From NCBI GenBank assembly GCA_963667015.2, contig CAXXJJ010000001.1, forward strand, positions 224,001-288,000: 64,000 bases of DNA. Reading direction: 5' to 3'. Shown one piece after another: positions 1-8,986 of the stretch. A program made the translations under genes and the position numbers. Below the pieces are notes generated by a model. That model was not told the DNA's origin and made no database searches. It saw only the letters and a list, made by a program, of their open reading frames with translations. Numbering within the stretch: the stretch's first letter is position 1; every line of letters begins with the position of its first letter. The DNA comes from Desulfatiglandales bacterium. Lineage in GTDB: Bacteria > Desulfobacterota > DSM-4660 > Desulfatiglandales > HGW-15.

Positions 1-1
1 G

Positions 2-115
2 AAGGTTAGGGAAATACCGGAGTTTAATTCCATTTACATTAATCAGCAATACCGAATTTGTTTAATATGGGAGGAAGGCTATGCCTGTGTAATTGAAATC
101 ACAAATTGCCACTAA
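2..115 (+). CDS. higB: HigB-type toxin, 3' end (runs off the window; possibly degenerate)
   Basis: Manual translation of frame 2 gives ...NSIYINQQYRICLIWEEGYACVIEITNCH*, matching the HigB C-terminal pattern SIRINDQYRICF.W....EI.DYH. Confidence 0.7.
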   Translation, partial: KVREIPEFNSIYINQQYRICLIWEEGYACVIEITNCH

Positions 116-278
116 TGATTCAGTAGGATGTCGGCTGCCCCGTGTATTGAGCATGTCTGCAGATTTCTGGCTGGGCCTGCAGCAGGATTGGGATCTCTGG
201 CATACAATGAACCACCCGGAAGCAAAACAATTCAAACGCCTGAAACCAATTCCAAGAGATCAACATTCTTTTTCATAA
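115..278 (+). pseudogene. higA: HigA antitoxin remnant with the N-terminal HTH deleted
   Basis: ATG overlapping the higB stop hits TAG after 3 codons; another frame keeps RL.RVLSMSADFWLGLQQDWDLW, the typical HigA C-terminus. Confidence 0.7.
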
Positions 279-512
279 CAATATCAAGCCACTAAACCAG
301 TCCAGGCTATAAAACGTCCGGATTTTTTCTTTATTACCCAACATCAGAAAACCTGCCCTGTTGAATAGGGTTCCCCACGGGGGAATTAAACTTGGTAAGC
401 ACCAAGCTCGTTGGATGATAAAACATCATCACTTAAGTGAGATTGTGAACAAGACTGTTTGATGCCCTTATATTCAAAAAAATCGAAAGATCTATTATAG
501 GGAGAAGATGCG

Positions 513-730
513 TTAATAAATTTGTATTACTGCTATGCCTGTTTGTGAGCTGTATCTTCTTGCGGCCCTGTCATCAGTAACAAAAATAAATCCCTGCTCT
601 GCTGTCGATATGCATGATGCCTCACCTTTGCCAAGGTATCCGCATAAATCAATGTAGGCCGGGTGTTCTTTCCTGCTCAGAATGCATATACCAAATATCT
701 TTTTTTCAATGAAGTTGTCTATTATAAAAT
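513..730 (-). pseudogene. PIN-domain (DUF3368-like) toxin remnant
   Basis: Minus-strand frame without a start codon reads LGKGEASCISTAEQGFIFVTDDRAARR, with the PIN motifs GE...TDD..AR. Confidence 0.55.
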
Positions 731-842
731 CCGGATGGTTATGGGAAGTTAAGTTTAAATAATAAGCAGATTAGCTTGGCTCGTCCCCATTACAATTTCA
801 TAAAACACGCTTTTAGATGTTTGTTTTATGATCCTTTAGGTG

Positions 843-858
843 GTACGCTTAGACGTAC
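843..858. promoter_or_regulatory. Palindromic operator candidate for the TA operon
   Basis: GTACG-N6-CGTAC immediately upstream of the RBS (AAGGAG) of the antitoxin gene. Confidence 0.4.
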
Positions 859-872
859 AAAAGGAGACTGAT

Positions 873-1151
873 ATGAATAAATTAACAAATATAATCCCTG
901 TAAGTGATTTAAGGCAAGATGCAGCAAAGCTTCTGAAGCAATTGAATAAAAATAAAGATCCTTTGATTATTACTCAAAGAGGACGTGCTGCTGCTGTAAT
1001 GATTGGTGTTGAAGCTTATGAGGAATCCGAACAGAAAAAAGAGCTCCTTCGGCTTTTGGTCAAAGGAGATAAAGAAATTGAAATGGGTGAAGGGTATGAT
1101 TTAGATACTGTCCTCGGTGATGCTGACGCCCTTTTAGCCATGGAAACATAA
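873..1151 (+). CDS. Phd/YefM family antitoxin
   Basis: IIPVSDLRQ...PLIITQRGRAAAVM motif; ATG at 873 follows AAGGAG. Confidence 0.9.
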   Translation: MNKLTNIIPVSDLRQDAAKLLKQLNKNKDPLIITQRGRAAAVMIGVEAYEESEQKKELLRLLVKGDKEIEMGEGYDLDTVLGDADALLAMET

Positions 1152-1435
1152 TGAAGGTAAAATTCACCCCTTCTGCGCGGAATCAATTTTTATCAGCCAT
1201 TAAATACATTCAAAGGGATAAACCATCAGCAGCGAAAAACTTTCGAAACAAGGCAGAAACAATTTTACTAAGACTTGAAGAGTTTCCAGACTCCGGAAGA
1301 GTGATATCTGAATTCCCGGAAATTACATATCGTGAAATTATTGTGCCGCCCTACCGATTTTTTTATAAAATAAAGGATGAACATTATCTGGATCGCCGCA
1401 GTATGGCATGGCGCACAACTTCCAAAGAAACCTAA
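1151..1435 (+). pseudogene. RelE/ParE family toxin, probably frameshifted near the 3' end
   Basis: ParE-like N-terminus; the expected C-terminal IWIAAVWHGAQLP is in a different frame after about nt 1380. Confidence 0.7.
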
Positions 1436-1665
1436 TCCTGACACCAAAAAATCCGCTACAGGAAAAAGCTTAAAACCACGCTGAACAACATGTTACATGG
1501 TATAGACTTCTGCAATAAGCAACAATTATTGTCAAAGCAATAAAAAAGCCCCGTTGTCGCTACATTAAATATCCTAAGCGGTACTTAAGACTTCACGACA
1601 CATAGGGTTTATTTTTTTGTTCTTTTCCCGTATCCGGAAACAAGAAACCAGTATCTCAAAAAATG

Positions 1666-2121
1666 CTAATCCCCCATCTCAGCAAGATAATCATCAAGCA
1701 TGGTTTCGAGCCTGAGTTTATGTTTTGACTCTTCCTGGGCCAGTGCCTTAAACACCTTTTTATGGCCTTCGTCATCAGCCCTGTCAGCAAAATCCGAATA
1801 AAATTTAAAAGCCTTTTCTTCACGCTTTGCTGCAAGTCTTAAAATATCATCATATAACATGTCCGGTCTGTATTCCAGCTCAACAGTGTAATCACTTATT
1901 TTCAGATCCGGTATCTTCTTTTCCTTATAGTGCGCAAAATTGTCCTTTGAGAAATTTTCCAGCAGTTTCTGATGCCCGCGTTCTTCAAGGGCAAAACTCA
2001 AAAAAAGTTCCTTTGCCCCTGAAAAAGATGATTTTTCAGCTGCCTCGTTATAAAATTTTTCCGCATCCTTTTCCTTGTTTATGGCGTATTCCATGATATC
2101 TTCGAATGTTTCAAAATACAT
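1666..2121 (-). CDS. Ferritin-like/rubrerythrin family protein
   Basis: Two E..A..FY...EE..H helix pairs; likely start MYFETFED at 2121 with a GGAGAG RBS. Confidence 0.85.
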   Translation of the reverse strand: MYFETFEDIMEYAINKEKDAEKFYNEAAEKSSFSGAKELFLSFALEERGHQKLLENFSKDNFAHYKEKKIPDLKISDYTVELEYRPDMLYDDILRLAAKREEKAFKFYSDFADRADDEGHKKVFKALAQEESKHKLRLETMLDDYLAEMGD

Positions 2122-2217
2122 TGCGCTCTCCTTTACAGTGTGGACCTGATGGTGACTCCCTGTTAATATCGATTTGAAAAAAATTATAAAGCAATTGATC
2201 TCCCGGGTCAAGACCGG

Positions 2218-2958
2218 CTATAGGGTGTCAGATGAAATTATCTCACCCTGCCGGCTTATGACTACCCTGGTTATAGGTATCTGTTTTCCGGATTGTTCAA
2301 GGGCCTTTTTAACTATTACAGGCAATCCCTTGCAGCATGGTACCTCCATAACCGGGATTGTAATGCTTTTTATATCGGCAGTGTTAAAAATATCCGTAAA
2401 TTTCTGTATATACTCCTGGGCATTGTCAAACTTCGGGCACCCCATCATAACGGCCTTTCCGGTTATAAAATCCCTGTGAAGGCTCGCATAGGCAAGGGCT
2501 GCGCAGTCTGCAACAACGAGCAGATCAGCGCCCTTAAGAAATGGGGCATTGGGCGGAACCAGCCTTATCTGGACCGGCCAGTGTGAAAGGGCAGAAACAA
2601 CACTTTGCTGGTTTACCGGTTCATTTGCCTTTTTACAGCCTGTACCGGTTGTGAGGATCTGAGGTGCGGCAGAAGGGCATAGTACTTTGTTTTCCCCGGT
2701 ATCTTCGCTGTCCAGCTCCCTGAGTCTTTCCTCAACCGCCTTTTCATCAAAATCATCGGCTTCACGTTCTATTATTTTAAGGGCGCCGGTAGGGCATTCC
2801 CCAAGACATGCGCCAAGTCCGTCACAATAGACCTCAGCTACCAGCTTTGCCTTTCCGTCTATAATCTGCAGCGCACCTTCCGCGCACGAGGGGACGCACT
2901 GACCGCATCCATCACAGAGTTCTTCGTCTATTTCTATTATCTTCCTGTTTACCTTCAT
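2218..2958 (-). CDS. 4Fe-4S ferredoxin-domain iron-sulfur protein
   Basis: CDGCGQCVPSC and CDGLGACLGECP motifs plus a C-terminal WPVQ...ADC...GCPK...EVPCC domain. Confidence 0.85.
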   Translation of the reverse strand: MKVNRKIIEIDEELCDGCGQCVPSCAEGALQIIDGKAKLVAEVYCDGLGACLGECPTGALKIIEREADDFDEKAVEERLRELDSEDTGENKVLCPSAAPQILTTGTGCKKANEPVNQQSVVSALSHWPVQIRLVPPNAPFLKGADLLVVADCAALAYASLHRDFITGKAVMMGCPKFDNAQEYIQKFTDIFNTADIKSITIPVMEVPCCKGLPVIVKKALEQSGKQIPITRVVISRQGEIISSDTL

Positions 2959-2970
2959 AATTATCTCCTT

Positions 2971-3699
2971 CTAATTTAAAAGAACCCTCTGTGCCAGGTT
3001 TCTTCCTGATTCAGTCAGGAATGAGGTTTCAATTATTTTTTGTATTCTCTCCGGATCCGACGCCACTTCCTTTTGGTTTTCTTCAAGGTTCGTGATCAGA
3101 TCAGCGTCATGAAGCACCCTGAAATTAACTGTTTCTGTTTCCATGGGATGATGGTGATGCCCTACGATATCGCATACTTCGTCAATCAGATCCTCTCCGG
3201 CACCGAGCCTTTCCAGTATCTCCCTTGCAACAGGAGGACCTTCCAGCTCCTGAAACCTCGCCGCGCTGCTGTTGTGCTTTCTCTCTGCTTCCTTGATTCC
3301 AATATCATGCAGATAGGCTGAGGGGAGTATAACCGAAAGATTTCCGCCCTCATTTTTTCCTATTTTTTCAGCATACCTGGCCACCCGGGTTGCATGCCCG
3401 ATCCTTTTAAAATCACGATTAAAATATCGCTTCATCTCTATCGCCACGCGATCCTTCAAAAGATCTTCCTTCTGCGCTATAAGTTCGGGAGGAAGATTTC
3501 CTATACACTGTTCTGCATATTTGCAGTACGAGGCACAGCCAAAATCCATCCCCGGGTTTAAAAACCTGTGTCCGCATTTTTTGCATTTTCTTGAGGTATC
3601 ATCCTTAAAAAATTCAACATCCGCACCGCATTCAGGGCATTTTGTCTCAAAGATCGCATCATGCTGCCAGTATCTGCTATCCTGTCCGGGACATTTCAT
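2971..3699 (-). CDS. HD-domain phosphohydrolase with an N-terminal Zn-ribbon
   Basis: H..RV, LHDIG, HHH and DAD motifs; CPG/CPECG/CKKCG N-terminus. Confidence 0.85.
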   Translation of the reverse strand: MKCPGQDSRYWQHDAIFETKCPECGADVEFFKDDTSRKCKKCGHRFLNPGMDFGCASYCKYAEQCIGNLPPELIAQKEDLLKDRVAIEMKRYFNRDFKRIGHATRVARYAEKIGKNEGGNLSVILPSAYLHDIGIKEAERKHNSSAARFQELEGPPVAREILERLGAGEDLIDEVCDIVGHHHHPMETETVNFRVLHDADLITNLEENQKEVASDPERIQKIIETSFLTESGRNLAQRVLLN

Positions 3700-3721
3700 A
3701 TCAAACCTCCTGATCATCAAT

Positions 3722-3880
3722 TTATATGCATAATAATCTATCCAGGATTTCCTGTCCTTGATTCAGGTCAAAAACCTCGCTTTTTTCCAGGATTTCCTCA
3801 ATGCCGAAGGTCTCCGGGATTTCCACAGCCAGCCTCGGATGCCGGCCCAGTTTTCCCACTATCAGAATCTTGAACCCTTT
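3722..3880 (-). pseudogene. Fragment resembling the C-terminus of sulfite/nitrite-reductase-like 4Fe-4S proteins
   Basis: Startless frame KGFKILIVGKLGRHPRLAVEIPE; the G(G)KLGRHPRLA motif was recognised from memory. Confidence 0.35.
3758..3771. promoter_or_regulatory. CRP/FNR-family (HcpR-like) binding site
   Basis: TTGATTCAGGTCAA = TTGA-N6-TCAA. Confidence 0.45.
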
Positions 3881-3913
3881 TTATATTTATAATCATTTAT
3901 TTCCAAAGATACA

Positions 3914-3927
3914 TTGATCTGAGTCAA
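3914..3927. promoter_or_regulatory. CRP/FNR-family (HcpR-like) binding site
   Basis: TTGATCTGAGTCAA = TTGA-N6-TCAA in the divergent promoter region. Confidence 0.5.
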
Positions 3928-4053
3928 ATTGTCCCTGACCTGCAGATTAGCTGATTAATAATCTTATCCCTTTAATTTGACCTACTTACACTCTAATGCT
4001 ATATTGACTCGCCTACATAACAAAGCGGAATATCTTTAGCATTTGGTATAAAT

Positions 4054-5436
4054 ATGAGACCAGTAACTGAACTTCTTGACTCCAACGATTTCCTTAAGAA
4101 CCTTTTTGAATCCCTCCCGTGCGGGGTCCTGATAATGGACAGGGAAAGAAGAGTTCAGGCAGTAAATAATACCCTTGAACGCGCATTCGGGATTCGTCTT
4201 TCCGAAGTTATCAACCGAAGAGGCGGTGAGATTCTGAAATGTGTCCATGCATCTGCCACTGATAAAGGATGCGGATATTCGGATGAATGCAGTGAATGCG
4301 GGATACGCCTTACAGCGCTGGAAGCTATCTCAGGACGTAAGATAGAAAGGAACAGGGCCAGGACACGGTTATATCTCAATAATGTTGAAACAAACCTTGA
4401 TTTCCTGATAAGCGCTGCCCCCCTTGATCATGACGGCGAACGTCTTGCAATAGTAATCCTTGAAGATATAACCGAACTGAATGAACTTAAAAAACGTTTA
4501 AAGGCAGAGACAAGTTTTGCCGGCATCATAAGCCGCGACTCGCTTATGAACGACCTTTTCAGTACCATCAAGGATGTTGCAGATGTCAATGTACCTGTAC
4601 TTATTCAGGGCGAGAGCGGCACAGGAAAGGAACTTGTGGCCTCTGCCATACACACCGAGGGAAACAGGTCCAAAAAATCCTTTGTTCCGGTCAACTGCGC
4701 AGCCCTTCCCGAAGGCATTCTTGAAAGTGAATTGTTCGGTCATGAAAAAGGTGCCTTTACAGGGGCCATAAAGGACAAGAAGGGCAGGTTTGAACTTGCC
4801 GACGGGGGCACCCTTTTTCTGGATGAGGTGGGAGAACTGCCCAGAACCGTACAGGCAAAATTGTTGAGAGTCCTGCAGGAAGGCCGGTTTGAAAGGGTAG
4901 GGGCCGAAAGATCCAAAAAGGTTGATGTAAGGATTATCAGTGCAACAAACCGTGACCTCAAAACCGAGGTAAAAAAAGGAAATTTCAGGCAGGACCTTTA
5001 CTATCGTCTTGCTGTTGTGCCCGTGATTCTGCCTCCGCTTAAACAGCGAAGAGATGATATTCCTCTCCTTGTGGACCACTTTCTCAACCTCTTTACCGAG
5101 GATGGCAGGACGTACAGGGCCAGTATTTCAGATAATGCCCTTTCCATATTGATGGATTATCCCTGGCCCGGGAATGTGAGGGAACTCCAAAGTGCTGTAA
5201 GGTTTGCCCTTGTTAAATCAAGAGGTAAACAGATTCGCGCTAATCATCTGCCCTTTGAACTTCAGGAGTGGCAAAACCCGGGACCGGCAAGGGGTCCTTC
5301 CAGAAAACTTGATATGGACAGGGTAAAAGATGCCCTGGAAAAAAGCGGGGGAAACAAGGCAAAGGCGGCCAGATTTCTGGGAGTGGGCCGGGCAACTCTT
5401 TATCGTTTCCTGATGGATTTTAAAAATGTCTCATGA
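4054..5436 (+). CDS. Sigma54-dependent activator with a Cys-rich PAS domain
   Basis: GESGTGKE Walker A, GAFTGA, LFLDE, Fis-type HTH; PAS domain with C-x9-C-x5-C-x2-C. Confidence 0.95.
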   Translation: MRPVTELLDSNDFLKNLFESLPCGVLIMDRERRVQAVNNTLERAFGIRLSEVINRRGGEILKCVHASATDKGCGYSDECSECGIRLTALEAISGRKIERNRARTRLYLNNVETNLDFLISAAPLDHDGERLAIVILEDITELNELKKRLKAETSFAGIISRDSLMNDLFSTIKDVADVNVPVLIQGESGTGKELVASAIHTEGNRSKKSFVPVNCAALPEGILESELFGHEKGAFTGAIKDKKGRFELADGGTLFLDEVGELPRTVQAKLLRVLQEGRFERVGAERSKKVDVRIISATNRDLKTEVKKGNFRQDLYYRLAVVPVILPPLKQRRDDIPLLVDHFLNLFTEDGRTYRASISDNALSILMDYPWPGNVRELQSAVRFALVKSRGKQIRANHLPFELQEWQNPGPARGPSRKLDMDRVKDALEKSGGNKAKAARFLGVGRATLYRFLMDFKNVS

Positions 5437-5442
5437 TACAAT

Positions 5443-5470
5443 ACCGTCTCAAATTATAATTTGAGACGGT
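5443..5470. promoter_or_regulatory. Perfect 28-bp palindrome, candidate upstream activator sequence
   Basis: ACCGTCTCAAATTA|TAATTTGAGACGGT; GTCTCA/GAGAC half-sites recur near 5428 and 5680-5707. Confidence 0.55.
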
Positions 5471-5779
5471 TCATTCTAGATTAAAAATACTTGCTCTATT
5501 TTTAAAAAATAAAGTCTTTACCTGATTCCAATTCTTTTCAGCAATCTATATCCTACTAACATTCTGTTTTATTAAATGTTTTTAATTTTATTTGCTGCGA
5601 TATTTTTTAAATTGTAACTTCATCTTCCAGCGGTTTTTAGTCCTGTCAGTTATTTACAGGAAAAATGAGGCCTAAAAGTGTCTCAGGTTTTTTCACATGA
5701 AGAGACATGAATATTTCAGCTGAAAATATAACGCTCTGATATTATAAGGTATTTTTTGTAAGGTATTTTAAGCTGATTC

Positions 5780-5795
5780 TGGCACACATATTGAT
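5780..5795 (+). promoter_or_regulatory. Sigma54 (-24/-12) promoter
   Basis: TGGCAC-ACATA-TTGAT versus consensus TGGCAC-N5-TTGC(A/T). Confidence 0.65.
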
Positions 5796-5831
5796 ATTAG
5801 TATAGGGAAAAATCAAATAAAGGTGCCCTTT

Positions 5832-6032
5832 ATGAAGCCATGTGATGAAAGTATTAAAAAGGTAATTGAACTGGCAGATAAAATGCTCAACCTTTCGGAT
5901 GAGGGAGACGCTGTCAGGGAGGATACCAATTGCGGGGTACTCTATGGAGTCATAAGAGATTCCGCATACAGGATAAAAAGAATGGCTGAAGATGAAAGGG
6001 ATGCCCATATAAAAAAGGGCTGGTGGAAATAG
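5832..6032 (+). CDS. Small hypothetical helical protein
   Basis: ORF with RBS, first gene after the sigma54 promoter. Confidence 0.7.
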   Translation: MKPCDESIKKVIELADKMLNLSDEGDAVREDTNCGVLYGVIRDSAYRIKRMAEDERDAHIKKGWWK

Positions 6033-6053
6033 AATAACGAGCGGGAGGAATCG

Positions 6054-6269
6054 ATGTCTCAACCGAAAGATATGTGGCAATGCCAGACAACCAACTGCGG
6101 ATATATTTATGATCCGGACAGAGGAGACAGGAAAGGGAAGATTCAGAAAGGTGTAAAATTTGAAGATCTTCCTGATGACTGGAAATGTCCTGTCTGCGGA
6201 GCGAGTAAAAAATGTTTCAAATCATTGGCAGTAGATGGGGCTTACGATAGCGAGGCCTGCGAGAGATAA
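6054..6269 (+). CDS. Rubredoxin with an atypical C-x4-C first motif
   Basis: [12 protein letters not shown]...[14 protein letters not shown]. Confidence 0.9.
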   Translation: MSQPKDMWQCQTTNCGYIYDPDRGDRKGKIQKGVKFEDLPDDWKCPVCGASKKCFKSLAVDGAYDSEACER

Positions 6270-6391
6270 ACCATTAGCTTTTCTTGACACAGATTATTAT
6301 GTGATTACTAGTAATATTCTATAATATTTAAAATCCCATAATTTTAAAAATAAAACTAACAATTTAAACGAACAAATTAAAGGAGGAAAGA

Positions 6392-6967
6392 ATGACAAGT
6401 TTAAAAGGAACCAGAACCGAGAAAAACCTGCTCACAGCATTTGCAGGCGAATCACAGGCGAGAAACCGCTACACCTTTTTTGCAAGCAAGGCAAAAAAAG
6501 AGGGCTATGAACAGATGTCCTTTATTTTTACAGAAACAGCAAACCAGGAAAAGGAACATGCCGAAAGGCTTTTCAAATTTCTTGAAGGTGGAGAGGTTGA
6601 GATCTCGGCGGGTTTTCCAGCAGGTGTTATCGGGACCACTCTTGAGAACCTGAAGGCTTCGGCAGCCGGTGAACATTATGAACAGACAGAGATGTACCCT
6701 GAGTTTGCAAAGATCGCGGATGAAGAAGGATTCAAGGAGATTGCGGTTGTCTTCAGAAACATCGCAGTTGCAGAAAGGCAGCATGAAAAGAGATATAATG
6801 ATCTGGCAGCAAATATTGAAAATGACAGGGTCTTTAAAAGAGACGAAGAAGTGGTCTGGCGCTGCAGAAACTGCGGGTTCCTTTATACCTCAACAAAGGC
6901 CCCTGAAGAATGCCCGGCCTGCGCCCATCCCAAGGCCTATTTTGAACTGCTTGGCGAAAACTATTAA
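6392..6967 (+). CDS. rbr: Rubrerythrin
   Basis: AFAGESQARNRY, EKEH, ERQH and C-terminal CRNCG...CPAC. Confidence 0.97.
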   Translation: MTSLKGTRTEKNLLTAFAGESQARNRYTFFASKAKKEGYEQMSFIFTETANQEKEHAERLFKFLEGGEVEISAGFPAGVIGTTLENLKASAAGEHYEQTEMYPEFAKIADEEGFKEIAVVFRNIAVAERQHEKRYNDLAANIENDRVFKRDEEVVWRCRNCGFLYTSTKAPEECPACAHPKAYFELLGENY

Positions 6968-7043
6968 TTCAAGTGTCCACTGCTGCTTTATGCGTTTTAT
7001 AGGGGGCAGCAGACATAATTAATTTTATCGAAAGGAATTTCAA

Positions 7044-7559
7044 ATGTCTGAACGCACCGGAATCATCACCATGCACGGAAAGCCCCTTATCCTTAAAGGA
7101 AATGAAGTTAAGGCAGGAGACCCTGCGCCGGACGCAACCCTGCTAGATAACGACTTAAACCCGGTAACAATTTCATCTTACAGGGGAAAGGTATGCGTTA
7201 TTTCATCCGTTCCCTCACTTGATACCCCTGTCTGTGATCTCGAAACCAGGAGATTTAACCAGGAGGCAGAAGCTTTGGGAAATGATGTTGTGATCCTTAC
7301 AGTCAGCATGGATCTGCCCTTTGCCCAGAAGAGATGGTGCGGAGCAGCCGGTGTGGAGAGGGTTATCACATTGTCGGACCATCGTGATGCCTCTTTCGGA
7401 GAGGCCTATGGAATGCTGGTCAAGGAACTGCGCCTGCTTGCCAGGGCTGTTCACGTGATAGACCGGGAAGGAGTGGTCAGGTATATTCAGATTGTTAATG
7501 AAATGTCTGAAGAACCTGATTACGCTGAGGTAATCAATGAAATTAAGAAGCTGGTTTAA
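7044..7559 (+). CDS. tpx: Thiol peroxidase
   Basis: VPSLDTPVC and SMDLPFAQKRWC motifs. Confidence 0.95.
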   Translation: MSERTGIITMHGKPLILKGNEVKAGDPAPDATLLDNDLNPVTISSYRGKVCVISSVPSLDTPVCDLETRRFNQEAEALGNDVVILTVSMDLPFAQKRWCGAAGVERVITLSDHRDASFGEAYGMLVKELRLLARAVHVIDREGVVRYIQIVNEMSEEPDYAEVINEIKKLV

Positions 7560-7603
7560 ACATACTTTAATACTTAACAATATTACAAAAGGAGGATTAT
7601 AGA

Positions 7604-7978
7604 ATGGCTGAAAAATTGGAAATTTATAAATGTGAAGCGTGCGGAAATATCGTTGAAGTATTACATGGCGGAGCGGGAGAACTGGTATGCTGCGGAGAGC
7701 CCATGAAGCTGTACACAGAGAACACGGTTGATGCAGCCAAGGAAAAACATGTACCCGTGATAGAAAAAATAGACGGTGGTTACAAGGTATCCGTAGGAAG
7801 CGTGGCACACCCCATGGAAGAAAAACACTACATTGAATGGATCGAAATTATAGCAGACGGCAAGGCATACAGGAAGTTCCTTAATCCGGGAGATGCACCG
7901 GAGGCCACCTTCATGATAGATGCAGCACAAATTACGGCAAGGGAATACTGCAATATGCACGGATTATGGAAGGCATAA
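7604..7978 (+). CDS. dfx: Desulfoferrodoxin (2Fe superoxide reductase)
   Basis: CEACG..CCG centre I; EKHVP, HPM...HYI and CNMH centre II. Confidence 0.97.
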   Translation: MAEKLEIYKCEACGNIVEVLHGGAGELVCCGEPMKLYTENTVDAAKEKHVPVIEKIDGGYKVSVGSVAHPMEEKHYIEWIEIIADGKAYRKFLNPGDAPEATFMIDAAQITAREYCNMHGLWKA

Positions 7979-8010
7979 TAAAACATTAAGAGATTCGGAG
8001 GTATAAAAGC

Positions 8011-8442
8011 ATGGCAAGAGTCCTGATAGTATATGCTACCCGAAGCGGAGAAACAGAAGCAATTGCAAAACTTGTTGCCGAGGGAATAAGATTTACCGGA
8101 GCAGAGGCAAAACTCGTCAATGTCACGGATATAAAAAAGGAAGCCGACCTGGAAGGATATGACGGCTATCTGTTTGGTTCTGCCACATACCACGGCGGTA
8201 TGATGCAGGGTATGAAAACAATGCTGTTTCTTGCGGAAAAGGCAAATCTTGAGGGAAAGGCTGGCGGTGCCTTTGGCGCCTTCGGATGGAGCGGAGAAGC
8301 TCCCGACCGTATCTTTGATACCATGAAAAATATCTTTAAGATGGATATGGTCAAGGAACCTCTCCGATTAAAATCAGCATCCCTGGGAGGGGGAACACAG
8401 ATGGCCCAGGATTATGGCCGTGAGATAGGAAAAAAACTTTAA
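8011..8442 (+). CDS. Flavodoxin-like protein
   Basis: YATRSGET, GSATY and FGWSGEA motifs. Confidence 0.85.
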   Translation: MARVLIVYATRSGETEAIAKLVAEGIRFTGAEAKLVNVTDIKKEADLEGYDGYLFGSATYHGGMMQGMKTMLFLAEKANLEGKAGGAFGAFGWSGEAPDRIFDTMKNIFKMDMVKEPLRLKSASLGGGTQMAQDYGREIGKKL

Positions 8443-8466
8443 TAATAGAGAATGAGGAGACCTGTT

Positions 8467-8652
8467 ATGACAACACCACAGCATTGTCCCGGTTTTAATG
8501 ACATAAAAAATCTTAAGTCATTTGTCTGTAAATGTCCAAATTGCGGAAAGGAAAAGGAAATCTTTTCTGATGAGTTCAACAGGACACACGTCTGCTCAGG
8601 ATGCGACAAGGAGATTGATTTTACTCAATGTACACTTGAGTCAGAGGCCTAG
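8467..8652 (+). CDS. Small Zn-ribbon protein
   Basis: HCPG...CPNCG...CSGC; the second ATG (MTTPQH) has an AGGAG RBS. Confidence 0.7.
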   Translation: MTTPQHCPGFNDIKNLKSFVCKCPNCGKEKEIFSDEFNRTHVCSGCDKEIDFTQCTLESEA

Positions 8653-8689
8653 TTTTTATTTGTAATAACCAATTATTACCGGTGTAAGA

Positions 8690-8914
8690 ATGAAAAAATT
8701 TGAATACAGGATAACAAAACATCCGGCAGATGAGTTTAAGCATGTTGGTTTTTTCTGCACTGATCAGGGGGATTGCAGCCTTGAACAATTGCCTGAAGAT
8801 CAGCTTTCTGTACTTGGCGGCATACTCAATGAAAACGGTGCTCAGGGGTGGGAGCTGGTGCAGTTGAATTTTGGCAGTGACGGGGTAATAGGCTTCTGGA
8901 AAAAGGAGATATAA
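8690..8914 (+). CDS. DUF4177-like small protein
   Basis: FEY...LNENGAQGWELVQ pattern. Confidence 0.7.
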   Translation: MKKFEYRITKHPADEFKHVGFFCTDQGDCSLEQLPEDQLSVLGGILNENGAQGWELVQLNFGSDGVIGFWKKEI

Positions 8915-8986
8915 ACCGGAGAATATTACTCTGCAGGGGTCTGGCAAAAAGGAGGGCCAATCTTAAATTTAAGGAGATAACGGCGC

